The notes under the pieces are model-generated. The model worked only from the letters and a program-made list of their open reading frames with translations. It was not told the origin of the DNA and did not search any database. This document shows positions 1 through 9,094 of a stretch of DNA of 42,837 nucleotides, piece by piece. Source of the DNA: Candidatus Limnocylindrales bacterium (GTDB lineage: Bacteria > Chloroflexota > Limnocylindria > Limnocylindrales > CSP1-4). The stretch spans positions 1 to 42,837 of the forward strand of contig JBBSCI010000002.1 of NCBI GenBank assembly GCA_038250445.1, read 5' to 3'. Position 1 is the first letter of the stretch. The number at the start of each line of letters is the position of its first letter. Position numbers and translations under genes: made by a program.

Positions 1-1
1 G

Positions 2-502
2 AGTCCTCAGCTCGAGGTCAACATCCAGGGCGCCCAGGGGATCCTCTTCAACATCACCGGCTCTTCGTCGCTCAGCCTGTTCGAGGTGACCGAGGCGGCG
101 GAGGAGATCCGTGCCGCGGCCGACCCGGAGGCGAACATCATCTTCGGGACCAGCTTCAACGAGCGGCTAGGCGACGAGGTGATGATCACCGTCATCGCCA
201 CCGGCTTCGACGGCCTGCGCAAGAAGGACACCGGCCGCCACGCGGCTGCTGCCCAGCCGACCGACGCATCGGCGTCGATCCGCGCCCCCCGCGAGCGCGA
301 CTTCCTCGAGGAGCTCGAGCGGCAGCGAACGCAGTCGAATGACGGCGGCTTCGACATCGTGCCCGGCGAGGATCGCGGAGCGGCGGCGGCAACATCGACG
401 CCGCGCGTCGAGCGGTCAGTCGGCGAGCCGGTTCCAGTGAAGCGAGCCGCGGCTTACGACGCGGACGACCTGGAGATTCCCTCCTTCCTTCGCCGCAAAT
501 AG
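2..502 (+). CDS. ftsZ: Cell division GTPase FtsZ, C-terminal part (5' end upstream of window)
   Basis: The frame of ORF 86..502 is open from the window edge. Translation reads [67 protein letters not shown], then a disordered linker, then the conserved FtsZ C-terminal peptide [12 protein letters not shown]. Confidence 0.9.
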   Translation, partial: SPQLEVNIQGAQGILFNITGSSSLSLFEVTEAAEEIRAAADPEANIIFGTSFNERLGDEVMITVIATGFDGLRKKDTGRHAAAAQPTDASASIRAPRERDFLEELERQRTQSNDGGFDIVPGEDRGAAAATSTPRVERSVGEPVPVKRAAAYDADDLEIPSFLRRK

Positions 503-579
503 GCCGCGATCCTCGGGCCGATGGCCTCTCGGAGCTCGGCCTCGGACCTCGGAGGGCGGGTGACCGCACGGCGCTGAGG

Positions 580-1287
580 GTGCCTGATCCTGACGACGCA
601 GAGGTCGACGCACTCGCTCGAACACGCGCGCTTGTTTTCGGGCGCATCGCGGATGCGGCGGCACGCGCCCGGCGCGACCCGTCTGCCATCACGGTCGTTG
701 CCGTTTCCAAGACGGTTCCAGCTGATCGGCTCGTCGCGGCGGTTGCGGCCGGGCTGACGATCCTCGGGGAGAACCGCGTCCAGGAGGCCGAGGCGAAGGT
801 GGGCTCGGTCGCGGGCGCGACGTGGCACCTCGTCGGGCCTCTTCAGTCGAACAAGGTCCGGCGAGCGCTGGCCGCGTTCGACACGATCGAATCGGTCGAT
901 TCGATCGAGCTTGCCCAGCGCATCGATCGCCTTGCCGCCGACGAAGGCGGCATGCGCGTCCCGGTCCTGCTCCAGGTCAACGTCGACGACGACGACGGGA
1001 AGGCCGGATTCGGGCCGACTGCCCTCGAGGCCGGCATCGCGGAGATCCTCAACCTCGAGCGGCTCGACGTCCGCGGCCTGATGACGATCGGGCGGCTCGT
1101 CGAGAGGGCGGACGAAGCGCGCCCGACGTTCGCCCGGCTGCGCGAGCTGTCGGAGGGGCTTCGCGCCCGTCACCTGCAACTCGGCGCGGAGCTGTCGATG
1201 GGGATGACCGATGACTACCCCGTCGCGATCGAGGAGGGGGCGACGATCGTGCGGATCGGGCGAGCCTTGTTCGGCGAGCGCGACTAG
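580..1287 (+). CDS. yggS: YggS-family pyridoxal-phosphate-binding protein (PLP homeostasis)
   Basis: 235 aa with YggS hallmarks: VAVSKT (PLP lysine), ILGENRVQEA, WHLVGPLQSNKV, GLMTIG, LSMGMTDDYPVAIEEGATIVRIGRALFG. The position directly after ftsZ is typical. Confidence 0.9.
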   Translation: MPDPDDAEVDALARTRALVFGRIADAAARARRDPSAITVVAVSKTVPADRLVAAVAAGLTILGENRVQEAEAKVGSVAGATWHLVGPLQSNKVRRALAAFDTIESVDSIELAQRIDRLAADEGGMRVPVLLQVNVDDDDGKAGFGPTALEAGIAEILNLERLDVRGLMTIGRLVERADEARPTFARLRELSEGLRARHLQLGAELSMGMTDDYPVAIEEGATIVRIGRALFGERD

Positions 1288-1396
1288 CCGATACCTCGAT
1301 GTTGCGCGGGTGGCGATCCGGGAGGTCGGAGGGTAGACTCGCTGGGTGGTCTACCTCCCCGGGGACCCGGTCTTCCAGCACCTGCGAGGCTGAGCC

Positions 1397-1678
1397 CTGG
1401 CTGACACCGACGTCCGGTTCGCCGTCCGCCTGACCCCTCGTGCCGGGTCGGACTTCGTCGACGGCGCGGTCGATGGCGTCCTCCGCGCCCACGTTGCTGC
1501 CCCTGCGGTCGGTGGCGCCGCGAACCAGGCTCTGATCCGGCTCCTCGCCGACGAGCTGGGCATCGGGCGGCGCTCCGTGCGGCTCGTCGCCGGGGCCGCG
1601 GGACGCCAGAAACTGGTCGTCGTCGAGGGCATCGAGGCCGAGGCGGTTGTTGCCCGCTGGCCGGGGCTGCGGGTATGA
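1397..1678 (+). CDS. DUF167 (YggU-like) small protein, apparently non-canonical CTG start
   Basis: Hand translation of frame 2 gives ADTDVRFAVRLTPRAGSDFVDGAVDGVLRAHVAAPAVGGAANQALIRLLADELGIGRRSVRLVAGAAGRQKLVVVEGIEAEAVVARWPGLRV, with stop TGA at 1676-1678. This matches the DUF167 pattern (v.v.P.A....i.G....l.v.v.apP.dG.AN.al...La..lgv....v.iv.G..sr.K.v.v.g). An in-frame stop lies at 1391-1393. There is no ATG/GTG/TTG before the domain, only CTG at 1397, 7 nt after GAGG (1386-1389). Confidence 0.6.
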   Translation: MADTDVRFAVRLTPRAGSDFVDGAVDGVLRAHVAAPAVGGAANQALIRLLADELGIGRRSVRLVAGAAGRQKLVVVEGIEAEAVVARWPGLRV

Positions 1679-1688
1679 TCGAGGCCTT

Positions 1689-1764
1689 GGGCGATTGGCT
1701 CAGTGGTTAGAGCACGCGGTTCACATCCGCGGGGTCACTGGTTCGAATCCAGTATCGCCCACCA
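1689..1764 (+). tRNA. tRNA-Val: tRNA-Val, anticodon CAC, genomically encoded CCA
   Basis: Cloverleaf by eye: acceptor GGGCGAT/ATCGCCC, D arm GCTC-AGTGGTTA-GAGC, anticodon stem CGCGG/CCGCG with loop TTCACAT (CAC), variable loop GGGTC, T arm ACTGG-TTCGAAT-CCAGT, discriminator A plus CCA. Confidence 0.93.
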
Positions 1765-1782
1765 GAGATACCGAACAGATCG

Positions 1783-1810
1783 CAGGGCCTTCGGGGCCCT
1801 GTTTCTGTGT
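1783..1810 (+). terminator. Putative intrinsic terminator after tRNA-Val
   Basis: Hairpin CAGGGCC-ttcgg-GGCCCTG is followed by TTTCTGTGTT. Confidence 0.5.
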
Positions 1811-2152
1811 TCAGATGGGCAACCGGGGCCCCCCCCGCGCGCTGCCGCAGCTACTGGCGAACCTGAGCAAGAAACTCCACTGCACGGAACCGCGGTCCTG
1901 ACGCGCTACGCAGGCAACCACGGGATCGCCAGAAAAGCCTGACAGGTCGTCGTCGTCGACCCTGAACGACGAAAGCCGGCAGCATGGGCCATCCGGCCTT
2001 GCACACCGGGACCATCGGGTCCCCGCTTTGTGACCCGCGGCACCGGTGCCGCGGCCCCGACAAGTCGACGATGGGCCGAACGATTGCGACCTAGCCCGAT
2101 CGGCGCGTCCAGATTGGAACCGCTGGTTGTCGTTCGATTCAGGAGAGCTCCC

Positions 2153-2671
2153 ATGCGCCAACTCCGTCTCGTCATTCTCGCTGCCGTTCTGGCCGCCGCC
2201 GCAGCGGCGTGCGGGAATGCTGCCTCAACGCCATCATCCTCGTCGAGTGCAGCCGCATCGTCGTCGGCCCAGCCGAGCGCAGCTCCTGCGACCTCGTCGC
2301 CGTCGGCCGCCGTTTCAGCGTCGCCCGCAGGTCCTGTGCCGATCGTGCTCAAGGAATGGAGCGTTGCCGTGACTGGGGCGCTGAAGGCGGGCTCCGCAAG
2401 CTTCACGATCACGAACAGCGGCACCGTTCCGCACGAACTGCTCGTCTTCAAGAGCGATCTCGATCCGTCCGCTTATCCGATGAACAGCGCCGGCGACATC
2501 ATCGAAGACGGACCCGGAGTCACGCTGGTCAGCGATGGCGAGAACATCGAGCCGGGCGGCACGCAGTCACGCACGGTCGATCTCAGCGCGGCGGGGACAT
2601 ACCTCGTCGTCTGCAACATCCCGGGCCATTTCAAGCAGGGGATGTTCACCGTCTTGACCGTGACCCAGTAG
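2153..2671 (+). CDS. Cupredoxin-fold (type-1 copper-like) lipoprotein
   Basis: ATG at 2153 lies 6 nt after AGGAGA. Lipoprotein signal MRQLRLVILAAVLAAAAAAC, then a Ser/Ala/Pro linker. Candidate blue-copper ligand set: H in TVPHELLVF plus C..H..M in VVCNIPGHFKQGMFTV. The upstream part of ORF 2030..2671 is Arg-rich read-through. Confidence 0.8.
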   Translation: MRQLRLVILAAVLAAAAAACGNAASTPSSSSSAAASSSAQPSAAPATSSPSAAVSASPAGPVPIVLKEWSVAVTGALKAGSASFTITNSGTVPHELLVFKSDLDPSAYPMNSAGDIIEDGPGVTLVSDGENIEPGGTQSRTVDLSAAGTYLVVCNIPGHFKQGMFTVLTVTQ

Positions 2672-2912
2672 GCAAGCCCGCGATCGGCGTCGCCAACTCG
2701 GCGGCGCCATCGCTCGCTCACTCGCGGAGATGGAACGGCGGATAGGCGTCCGTGAGGCGCAGTTGGTAGGCGGGGAACCGGGCTCCCAGCGCGCCATGCG
2801 GCCGGTGGTCCGGACCGGGATCCAGGACACGAGCAAACGCGAACACAACGCCGATCGTCTAGATCCCTCCTGCGAACTGGCCCTACCTTAGCTTCATCAC
2901 GCGACCCGTTGC

Positions 2913-3848
2913 TTGATCGTCGATGCCCTGATGAGCCCACCGTCAATCGAAACCCGCGGCCTGCGCAAGACGTACGGCCGAACCGTCGCCCTCGACGGTC
3001 TCGACCTCCATGTCGGCGAAGCCGAGGTGTTCGGCCTCCTCGGGCCGAACGGCGCAGGCAAGACGACCGCCGTCAAGCTCCTCCTCGGCCTCGCCCGCGC
3101 CACGAGCGGGACCGGTACCGTGCTCGGCAGGCCGCTGGGGGACCGCGAGGCTCGCCGGCGCATCGGCTATCTGCCCGAGCTGTTCCGCTACCAGCCGTGG
3201 CTGACGGCCCGGGAGGTCCTCGCGCTGCACTGCGATCTGGCGGGCCTTCCACGCGATCGTTGGCCGGCGGAGATCGACCGGGCGCTCTCGACCGTCGGGC
3301 TCAGTGCGCGAGGCACGGACCGCGTGACCGGGTTCTCCAAGGGGATGCAGCAGCGCCTCGGCCTGGGCGTGGCGCTCCTCGGCGATCCCGCGCTCGTCGT
3401 CCTCGACGAGCCGACGTCGGCCCTCGACCCGGTCGGGCGCGAGGACGTGCGCTCGATCGTCCGCGAGGCGAAGGCGCGTGGCACGAGCGTGGTCCTGAAC
3501 TCCCACCTCCTCGGCGAGGTCGAGCGCCTCTGTGATCGCGTGGCGATCGTCCACCGCGGACGACTGATCGCGTCAGGCGGCCTGTCCGACCTGCTCGGCG
3601 AGCCGGCGCTTCGTCTGCGGGTCACAGGAATCGATGGCCTTGCCGACCGGATCCTCGGCGCCTTCGGGCCGGTGTCGGCCGATGGCGAGTGGCTCGTGAT
3701 CCGGCCGTTGCCGCCCGAGCGCGTGCCGGATGTCGTCGCCGCCGTCGTTGCTGCCGGCGGCCGCGTCCACGCGGTCGATCCCGGCCGGCGATCGCTCGAG
3801 GAAGCGTTCCTCGACCTCGTCCGACCAACCGCGGACGGAGCGGCATGA
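2913..3848 (+). CDS. ABC transporter ATP-binding protein (ABC-2/DrrA-NosF-like exporter type)
   Basis: Walker A GPNGAGKTT, signature FSKGMQQRLGL, Walker B LVVLDEPTSALD, H-loop SHLL. The start is TTG 2913 or ATG 2931. Confidence 0.9.
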   Translation: MIVDALMSPPSIETRGLRKTYGRTVALDGLDLHVGEAEVFGLLGPNGAGKTTAVKLLLGLARATSGTGTVLGRPLGDREARRRIGYLPELFRYQPWLTAREVLALHCDLAGLPRDRWPAEIDRALSTVGLSARGTDRVTGFSKGMQQRLGLGVALLGDPALVVLDEPTSALDPVGREDVRSIVREAKARGTSVVLNSHLLGEVERLCDRVAIVHRGRLIASGGLSDLLGEPALRLRVTGIDGLADRILGAFGPVSADGEWLVIRPLPPERVPDVVAAVVAAGGRVHAVDPGRRSLEEAFLDLVRPTADGAA

Positions 3849-4711
3849 CGCCCCGCCTCGTCGTCGCGGTCACGCTTCTCACGATCCGTGAGATCGCCCG
3901 CCGCCGCGTGCTCCTCGTGCTGTTCGGGCTGTCGCTGTTCTCGGTCCTGCTGGTCGGCTGGGGCACGGATCGCCTCGTCAGCATCTCCCGCGAAGACGGC
4001 GTCGGGGAGCTCCAGATCCAGATCGGCGTGAGCCAGGTCCTGATCCTGATCGCGTTCATGTTCAGCTTCATCCTCGCGATGTCGGCGGCCTTCCTGGCGG
4101 CTCCGGCGATCGCGTCGGACGTCGAGAGCGGAACCGCCCTCGCCATGCTCGCCCGGCCGTTGCGGCGCTCAGAGCTCGTCGTCGGCCGGTGGCTCGGGTT
4201 GGCGATCATCGTGATCGGCTATGCCGGTCTCTCCGGGCTGCTCGCGATCGGCGTCGTCGCCTTCACGACCGGCCATATGCCGCCCCAGCCGCTGGTTGCG
4301 GTCGGCTTCCTTGCCTTTGAGGCCGTCATCGTCATGACGCTCGCGCTCGCGCTCGGCACCCGCCTGCCGAGCATGGCCGCCGGCGCGATCACGGTCGTGG
4401 TGTTCGCCCTGGCATGGTTCGCCGGCGTCCTCGGCGGCGTCGCGAGCGCGTTCAACGCCACGGCGCTCACCGGAGCCACGGAGGCGCTCCGGATCCTGAT
4501 GCCGACCGACGCCCTGTGGCGTGGCGTCGTCTACGGCCTCGAGCCGCCGCTCGTGGATCTGATCGTGGCCGGACGGTTCGGCAACGCGGTCGACGCCAAC
4601 CCGTTCTACGCGACCACGCCGCCGCCGCTCCAGGTGGTGCTGTGGTCGGTCGCCTGGATCGGCATCGTGATCGGAGCCGGGATCTGGCTGTTCCAGCGGC
4701 GTGAGTTATAG
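3845..4711 (+). CDS. ABC-2 type transporter permease
   Basis: ATG 3845 overlaps the ATPase stop (ATGA). The product is a polytopic hydrophobic protein (MTPRLVVAVTLLTIREIARRRVLLVLFGLSLFSVLLVG... with about 6 TM segments). The upstream part of ORF 3689..4711 is Arg-rich and overlaps the ATPase. Confidence 0.75.
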   Translation: MTPRLVVAVTLLTIREIARRRVLLVLFGLSLFSVLLVGWGTDRLVSISREDGVGELQIQIGVSQVLILIAFMFSFILAMSAAFLAAPAIASDVESGTALAMLARPLRRSELVVGRWLGLAIIVIGYAGLSGLLAIGVVAFTTGHMPPQPLVAVGFLAFEAVIVMTLALALGTRLPSMAAGAITVVVFALAWFAGVLGGVASAFNATALTGATEALRILMPTDALWRGVVYGLEPPLVDLIVAGRFGNAVDANPFYATTPPPLQVVLWSVAWIGIVIGAGIWLFQRREL

Positions 4712-4728
4712 GCTCTACCCGATCGATG

Positions 4729-5361
4729 TCATCCCGCGCCGTCGGGGTCATCAGGACGGCGTGTTACTGCCGAGACCAGTAGGACGACGCCGATCCCGAC
4801 GAGGATCAACGGCCAGAACCAGTCGAAGTCGATCTGCGGCAGCCACTCCCTGGCGAGGAAGTAGATGCCGACGCCGATGAGGATGACCCCGAAGATCGCA
4901 GAGCTCTGCCCGCGGCGCTCGCCCCGAGCCGCCCGACGGACGGCCCCCGCTTCGCGTCGAGCCGAGCGGGTCTGGTCGCGGGCTGCGTACGGCGACGCCC
5001 AGGGCGACGCGGGGTCGATCCCAGCGGCCGGCGCGGAGGCAGTCGCGGGCGCGGCCGCTCCGGCGGTCGCACCGGCCGCGCCGTCTGAACTGGGTGTCGC
5101 CGGTGCAGCTGGCGCCGGCCCCGGAGTCGGAGGTAGCGGTGGTATCGGCCACTGGTTCACATGAGCCGTGCCATCGTCCTGCTCCGGCACGACGACCGCC
5201 ATGACGATGTAGACGAGCAGCGCGATGCCGCCGGTCAAGATCACCAGCACAGCCCAGACGACTCGCACCAGCGAAGGATCGACATCCCACATCTCGGCGA
5301 GGCCGCCCGCGACGCCCGCGAGCATCCGATCTCGGCGAGACCGATAGAGCCGTTCCGTCAT
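4729..5361 (-). CDS. PspC-domain membrane protein
   Basis: The N-terminus LYRSRRDRMLAGVAGGLAEMWDVDPSLVRVVWAVLVILTGGIALLVYIVMAVVVP is a PspC domain. A Pro/Ala linker and two further TM segments follow. Confidence 0.85.
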   Translation of the reverse strand: MTERLYRSRRDRMLAGVAGGLAEMWDVDPSLVRVVWAVLVILTGGIALLVYIVMAVVVPEQDDGTAHVNQWPIPPLPPTPGPAPAAPATPSSDGAAGATAGAAAPATASAPAAGIDPASPWASPYAARDQTRSARREAGAVRRAARGERRGQSSAIFGVILIGVGIYFLAREWLPQIDFDWFWPLILVGIGVVLLVSAVTRRPDDPDGAG

Positions 5362-5458
5362 CGACTGCCTCCCTGTCGCGCGTAGTATCAGCGCTGCGGG
5401 CCTGAGAGGCCGTGTCGCTGGCCACCGTGAGACCCGGCGACCCGGTCAGATGCGCTGG

Positions 5459-6847
5459 TCAGTCGCTGGACTTCGGCCGCCGCCGGCGCCGGCGCGAGAC
5501 CTCGACGCCGAGCGACCTGTGCAGCGCTCGCCAGCGAGCCACCGCGCGCCGATCCTCGCGCTCGGAGAGCGTGACGCCGGCGAAGCGAGCCAGCGCGTAG
5601 TCGGCCGCCAGGAGATCGAGCCCGAACGCAGTTCCGCCAGCCTGCCGCAATCGCCTGGCGTGCGCGGCCGGCGTCTCCGCCGCGTCCCGCCGGACGTCGG
5701 GCCGAGCGGCCAGGTCGTCGACGAGGGCGAGATATGCCGCGACGGCGTCGACCGGTTCGCGATGCCGACGACGCCACCGCCGCCCCCTGCGGGCCGGTAC
5801 GTCGCCGCGATCGATGATCCGGGTCTCGAGGACGTCGTCTTCCGCGAGGGGGATCCGCTGCATCCAGAGCCTGGCTAACACGACGAGCAGGATCGCGGCA
5901 ATGACCAACAGCAGGCCGCCGCCAAGCACGACGACCTCGCCCGGCGTTGAGGACGCGGCATTCGCGGCCCCGACGCCCGCGCCGGAGTCCGGGAAGATTG
6001 GATGGGTGCCGATCAGCGTGATCAGGCCGACTAGCAGCACCGTGGCGACGACGGCAATCGCGAGGATCCGGAGGGTCTTCCGGTTGAAGCCGACCACCAG
6101 GGCGACCAGCAGCAGCGGCCCCATCGAAACCCCCACGACGAATGCGATCATCGGGCCGGCGATCGCCGAGGCGAGAATCGCGAGTCCCGCCGTGGCGATC
6201 ACGAGGACCGTCAGGAGGCCGACCCACGACGGATTTCGCCGCCAGTCGAAGCCAGAATCGGCGCCGACGGCAGTCAGCCGCGTGAGCGCGAGGGCGAGGG
6301 TGGCGCTCGTCGCGAAGGCGATCGAGGCCGCGATCGCGTCGGTCAGGAACAGCCCGCGGAACGGCTCGGTCACCATGCCACCGGCGATCGCGGCGAAGGC
6401 GAGCCCCGGGACCCCGACCCCCAGGAGGTTGCCGAGGGTCTCTTCGCTCAACTGCAGACGGGCATGGGCGTAGCCCCGCGCGATCGCGACCGCCGCGAGC
6501 CAGCCGGCCGGGTTGGCCGCCAGGGCCTCGCCGGGCGAACCTGCACGGAGGGAGGCGAGGGCCTCCGGTGAGCTCAACCAGCCGCTGACCCCGCCGGCGA
6601 GGCAGAGGCCGGCAGCCACGAGCGGCCAGCGGTCGCCGAGCCGAACCCCGATCAGACGGGCCGCGAGGACCCCGAACGCCACGAGCCCGGTCAGCGGGAC
6701 GATCCGAAGGGTCGGCACCCTGAGGGCGTATTCCTGGAACAGCCCGGCCACGACCGAGATCCAGGCAGCCTCGGCGATGATCGCGAGGCCCAGCGGCAGC
6801 GCGACGAGGATCGTCATCAAGGGCCGGCGCCGCTCCTGTGCTGTCAT
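5459..6847 (-). CDS. Polytopic membrane protein with C-terminal DUF4129 domain
   Basis: ATG at 6847 overlaps the DUF58 stop (ATGA). Many TM helices are followed by a cytoplasmic tail VAAYLALVDDLAARPDVRRDAAETPAAHARRLRQAGG...LLAADYALARFAGVTLSERE, typical of DUF4129. It sits third in a MoxR-DUF58 operon. Confidence 0.75.
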   Translation of the reverse strand: MTAQERRRPLMTILVALPLGLAIIAEAAWISVVAGLFQEYALRVPTLRIVPLTGLVAFGVLAARLIGVRLGDRWPLVAAGLCLAGGVSGWLSSPEALASLRAGSPGEALAANPAGWLAAVAIARGYAHARLQLSEETLGNLLGVGVPGLAFAAIAGGMVTEPFRGLFLTDAIAASIAFATSATLALALTRLTAVGADSGFDWRRNPSWVGLLTVLVIATAGLAILASAIAGPMIAFVVGVSMGPLLLVALVVGFNRKTLRILAIAVVATVLLVGLITLIGTHPIFPDSGAGVGAANAASSTPGEVVVLGGGLLLVIAAILLVVLARLWMQRIPLAEDDVLETRIIDRGDVPARRGRRWRRRHREPVDAVAAYLALVDDLAARPDVRRDAAETPAAHARRLRQAGGTAFGLDLLAADYALARFAGVTLSEREDRRAVARWRALHRSLGVEVSRRRRRRPKSSD

Positions 6848-8073
6848 TGGGCGACCACGAGCTGCTCCGCGTCCCGCCACGAACCGTCGAGCCGCACGGT
6901 GCGCGCCGCGAATCCTGAGGCGCGCGCGCGCGCCGCGTCCTCCGCCGCCCGGCGGCCGCAGGCCAGCACGACGACCCGACAGCCAGACCGCTCGATCCGC
7001 CGGAGATGGGCGACAAACGGCGATGGATCACGCGCCGTCAGGACGAGGACGGTCGTTCCCGTCCGAGCGACGCGGTTGACGAAGACGAGCAGCCGCTCGA
7101 ACGGTGCCGAAGCGTGCGTCGAGAGCCGGGCGAGGAGGTCGAGGACTCGTTCGACCTGCCCGGGCGCCGCCGAGATCGGGATGTGCGCGAGGCGCGTCTC
7201 GGCCCCCGTATAGCCCGCCGCGGCGATGCCGAACGCAGCCCGTTCCGTAGCGAGCAAGCGGGCGATCGAGGCCGCGATCACGTAGAGATCCTCGACCGCG
7301 GTGTCGTCGAATGTCACCTCCCAGGCCTGGCCGTGCTCCGTCTGGACGTCGAGGGCGATCAGGACCTCGCGGTCACGGGACGGGTCGAACCGCTTGGTGA
7401 CCGGCCGGCCGAGTCGGGCGCTCGCGCGCGGGTGGATCCGCCGGAGGGGATCGCCGGGGGCATACGGCCGGACGCCGGCGAATCGCGCCGGATCCTCGGT
7501 CAGGCCCGCGCGGACCCGTTCGACGCCGCCCCACCGCTCCGGCCGCTCGAGCGACGGCGCCGCGACCGTCCGGGGACGGACGAGGAAGGTCTGCGTCGCG
7601 GGCCGCGTCTCGGTCGCTGCGCGGCGCGCAACGAGGTCACCGACGGCGAGGTCGACGGGTCCGAGGACAAAGACGCCTCGTCGCTCAGCCCCGACGTGGA
7701 AGTGGCGGATGACCCGCTCGAACGGAGCGAGCGTCCAGACATTGCGCAGCGCCTCGCTCCCCGCGCGTCCATCGACGAGGTCTCGCTCGCGGACGACGAC
7801 GCCGTGCGTCGCCTCGTCGTCGGCCCGGAGCCAGGCGAGCGGCAGGCGCTTGCGGTTCCAGACCTCGATTGTCAGCGGGATCTCGTCGCCCCATGTGGTT
7901 CGATCGGAGGCCATCTGGCGGCGGTAGGTCACGTCCCGCAGCCCGTAGCGACTCCAGACAAGGCGGATCGTCTCGAGCAGGAGCGTGACGATGCCGAGGA
8001 GCATGACGATCGGCACGTCGAGCGCGGTACCGGCAAGCACCAGCACGATTGCGGCAACGGCCTGCGCGGTCAT
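6844..8073 (-). CDS. DUF58 domain protein (vWA-like partner of MoxR)
   Basis: N-terminal TM hairpin, then the motif FAGVRPYAPGDPLRRIHPRASARLGRPVTKRFDPSRDREVLIALDV. There is a 4-nt overlap with the moxR stop. Confidence 0.85.
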   Translation of the reverse strand: MTAQAVAAIVLVLAGTALDVPIVMLLGIVTLLLETIRLVWSRYGLRDVTYRRQMASDRTTWGDEIPLTIEVWNRKRLPLAWLRADDEATHGVVVRERDLVDGRAGSEALRNVWTLAPFERVIRHFHVGAERRGVFVLGPVDLAVGDLVARRAATETRPATQTFLVRPRTVAAPSLERPERWGGVERVRAGLTEDPARFAGVRPYAPGDPLRRIHPRASARLGRPVTKRFDPSRDREVLIALDVQTEHGQAWEVTFDDTAVEDLYVIAASIARLLATERAAFGIAAAGYTGAETRLAHIPISAAPGQVERVLDLLARLSTHASAPFERLLVFVNRVARTGTTVLVLTARDPSPFVAHLRRIERSGCRVVVLACGRRAAEDAARARASGFAARTVRLDGSWRDAEQLVVAQ

Positions 8074-9089
8074 CTCGGCGCCTGGTCGCCCTCGACGATC
8101 GGTGGAACCGGCACGGCATCGAGGATCGCCGCGAGCGCCGAATCGGCGGTCGCCCCGCGAAGGCTGCGATCGAGATCGACGACGAGCCGGTGGGCGAGGA
8201 CGGCGGGGGCGACGGCCTTGACGTCGTCCGGCATGACGAACGATCGGCCGGCGAGGACGGCAGCGGCCTGGGCGACGCGGTACAGCGCGACCGTCGCCCG
8301 CGGACTCGCCCCGAGCTGGATGTCCTGGTGGACCCTGGTGGCCCTGGCAAGCGCGACGACATACGCCTCGACCTCGTCCCCGACGTGGACCCTGCGGACC
8401 TCGTCGCGGAGCGCCAGCAGCTGGCCGGCGCCGACGATCGGTTCGATCAGCTCGAGGGGCTCAGCCTCTGCCTGGTGGCGGCGCGCGATCCGCCGCTCGC
8501 CCGCCTCGTCCGGGTAGCCGATCTGGATCCGCACGAGGAACCGGTCGAGCTGGGCCTGGGGCAGGGCGAACGTCCCCTCGAACTCGATCGGGTTCTGCGT
8601 CGCGAGGACGACGAACGGGTCGGGCAGGGGATGTGTCGTTCCCTCGATCGAGACCTGGCGCTCCTGCATCGCCTCGAGGAGCGCCGATTGGGTGCGCGGT
8701 GTGGCCCGGTTGATCTCGTCGACAAGGAGGATGTTGGTGAAGACCGGGCCCGCGACGAACCGGAGCCCGCCGCCCTCGAAGATGCTCGAGCCGGTCACGT
8801 CGGTCGGCAGCAGATCCGGCGTTCCCTGGACCCGGCCGGTCCGCAGGTCGAGTGCCCGCGCGACGGCCCGGGCGAGCAGCGTCTTGCCCGTGCCCGGCAC
8901 GTCCTCGACGAGAACGTGGCCGTCGGCCAGAAGCGCCAGCGTCACGAACCGGAGTGGCTCGTCGGCGCCGACGACGGCCCGCGAGACGGCTCCCCGGAGA
9001 TCGTCCCAGAGCCGCCGGCCGGAGGCGACAACCCCTGGGCGCGGGTCTCGCCGAGCGGCGATCGCGACGCGCTCGGCCTCGGCATCCAC
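8070..9089 (-). CDS. moxR: MoxR-family AAA+ ATPase
   Basis: GHVLVEDVPGTGKTLLARAVARAL (Walker A), ILLVDEINRATPRTQSALLEAMQE (Walker B/sensor), VLATQNPIEFEGTFALPQAQLDRF. GTG start. Confidence 0.92.
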   Translation of the reverse strand: MDAEAERVAIAARRDPRPGVVASGRRLWDDLRGAVSRAVVGADEPLRFVTLALLADGHVLVEDVPGTGKTLLARAVARALDLRTGRVQGTPDLLPTDVTGSSIFEGGGLRFVAGPVFTNILLVDEINRATPRTQSALLEAMQERQVSIEGTTHPLPDPFVVLATQNPIEFEGTFALPQAQLDRFLVRIQIGYPDEAGERRIARRHQAEAEPLELIEPIVGAGQLLALRDEVRRVHVGDEVEAYVVALARATRVHQDIQLGASPRATVALYRVAQAAAVLAGRSFVMPDDVKAVAPAVLAHRLVVDLDRSLRGATADSALAAILDAVPVPPIVEGDQAPR

Positions 9090-9094
9090 GCCGA

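Noticed and set aside
1765-2152. Possible integrated element at the tRNA-Val 3' end.
   Set aside because: There is no integrase, excisionase or other mobility gene. I saw no repeat of the tRNA 3' segment downstream, and the following genes look chromosomal.
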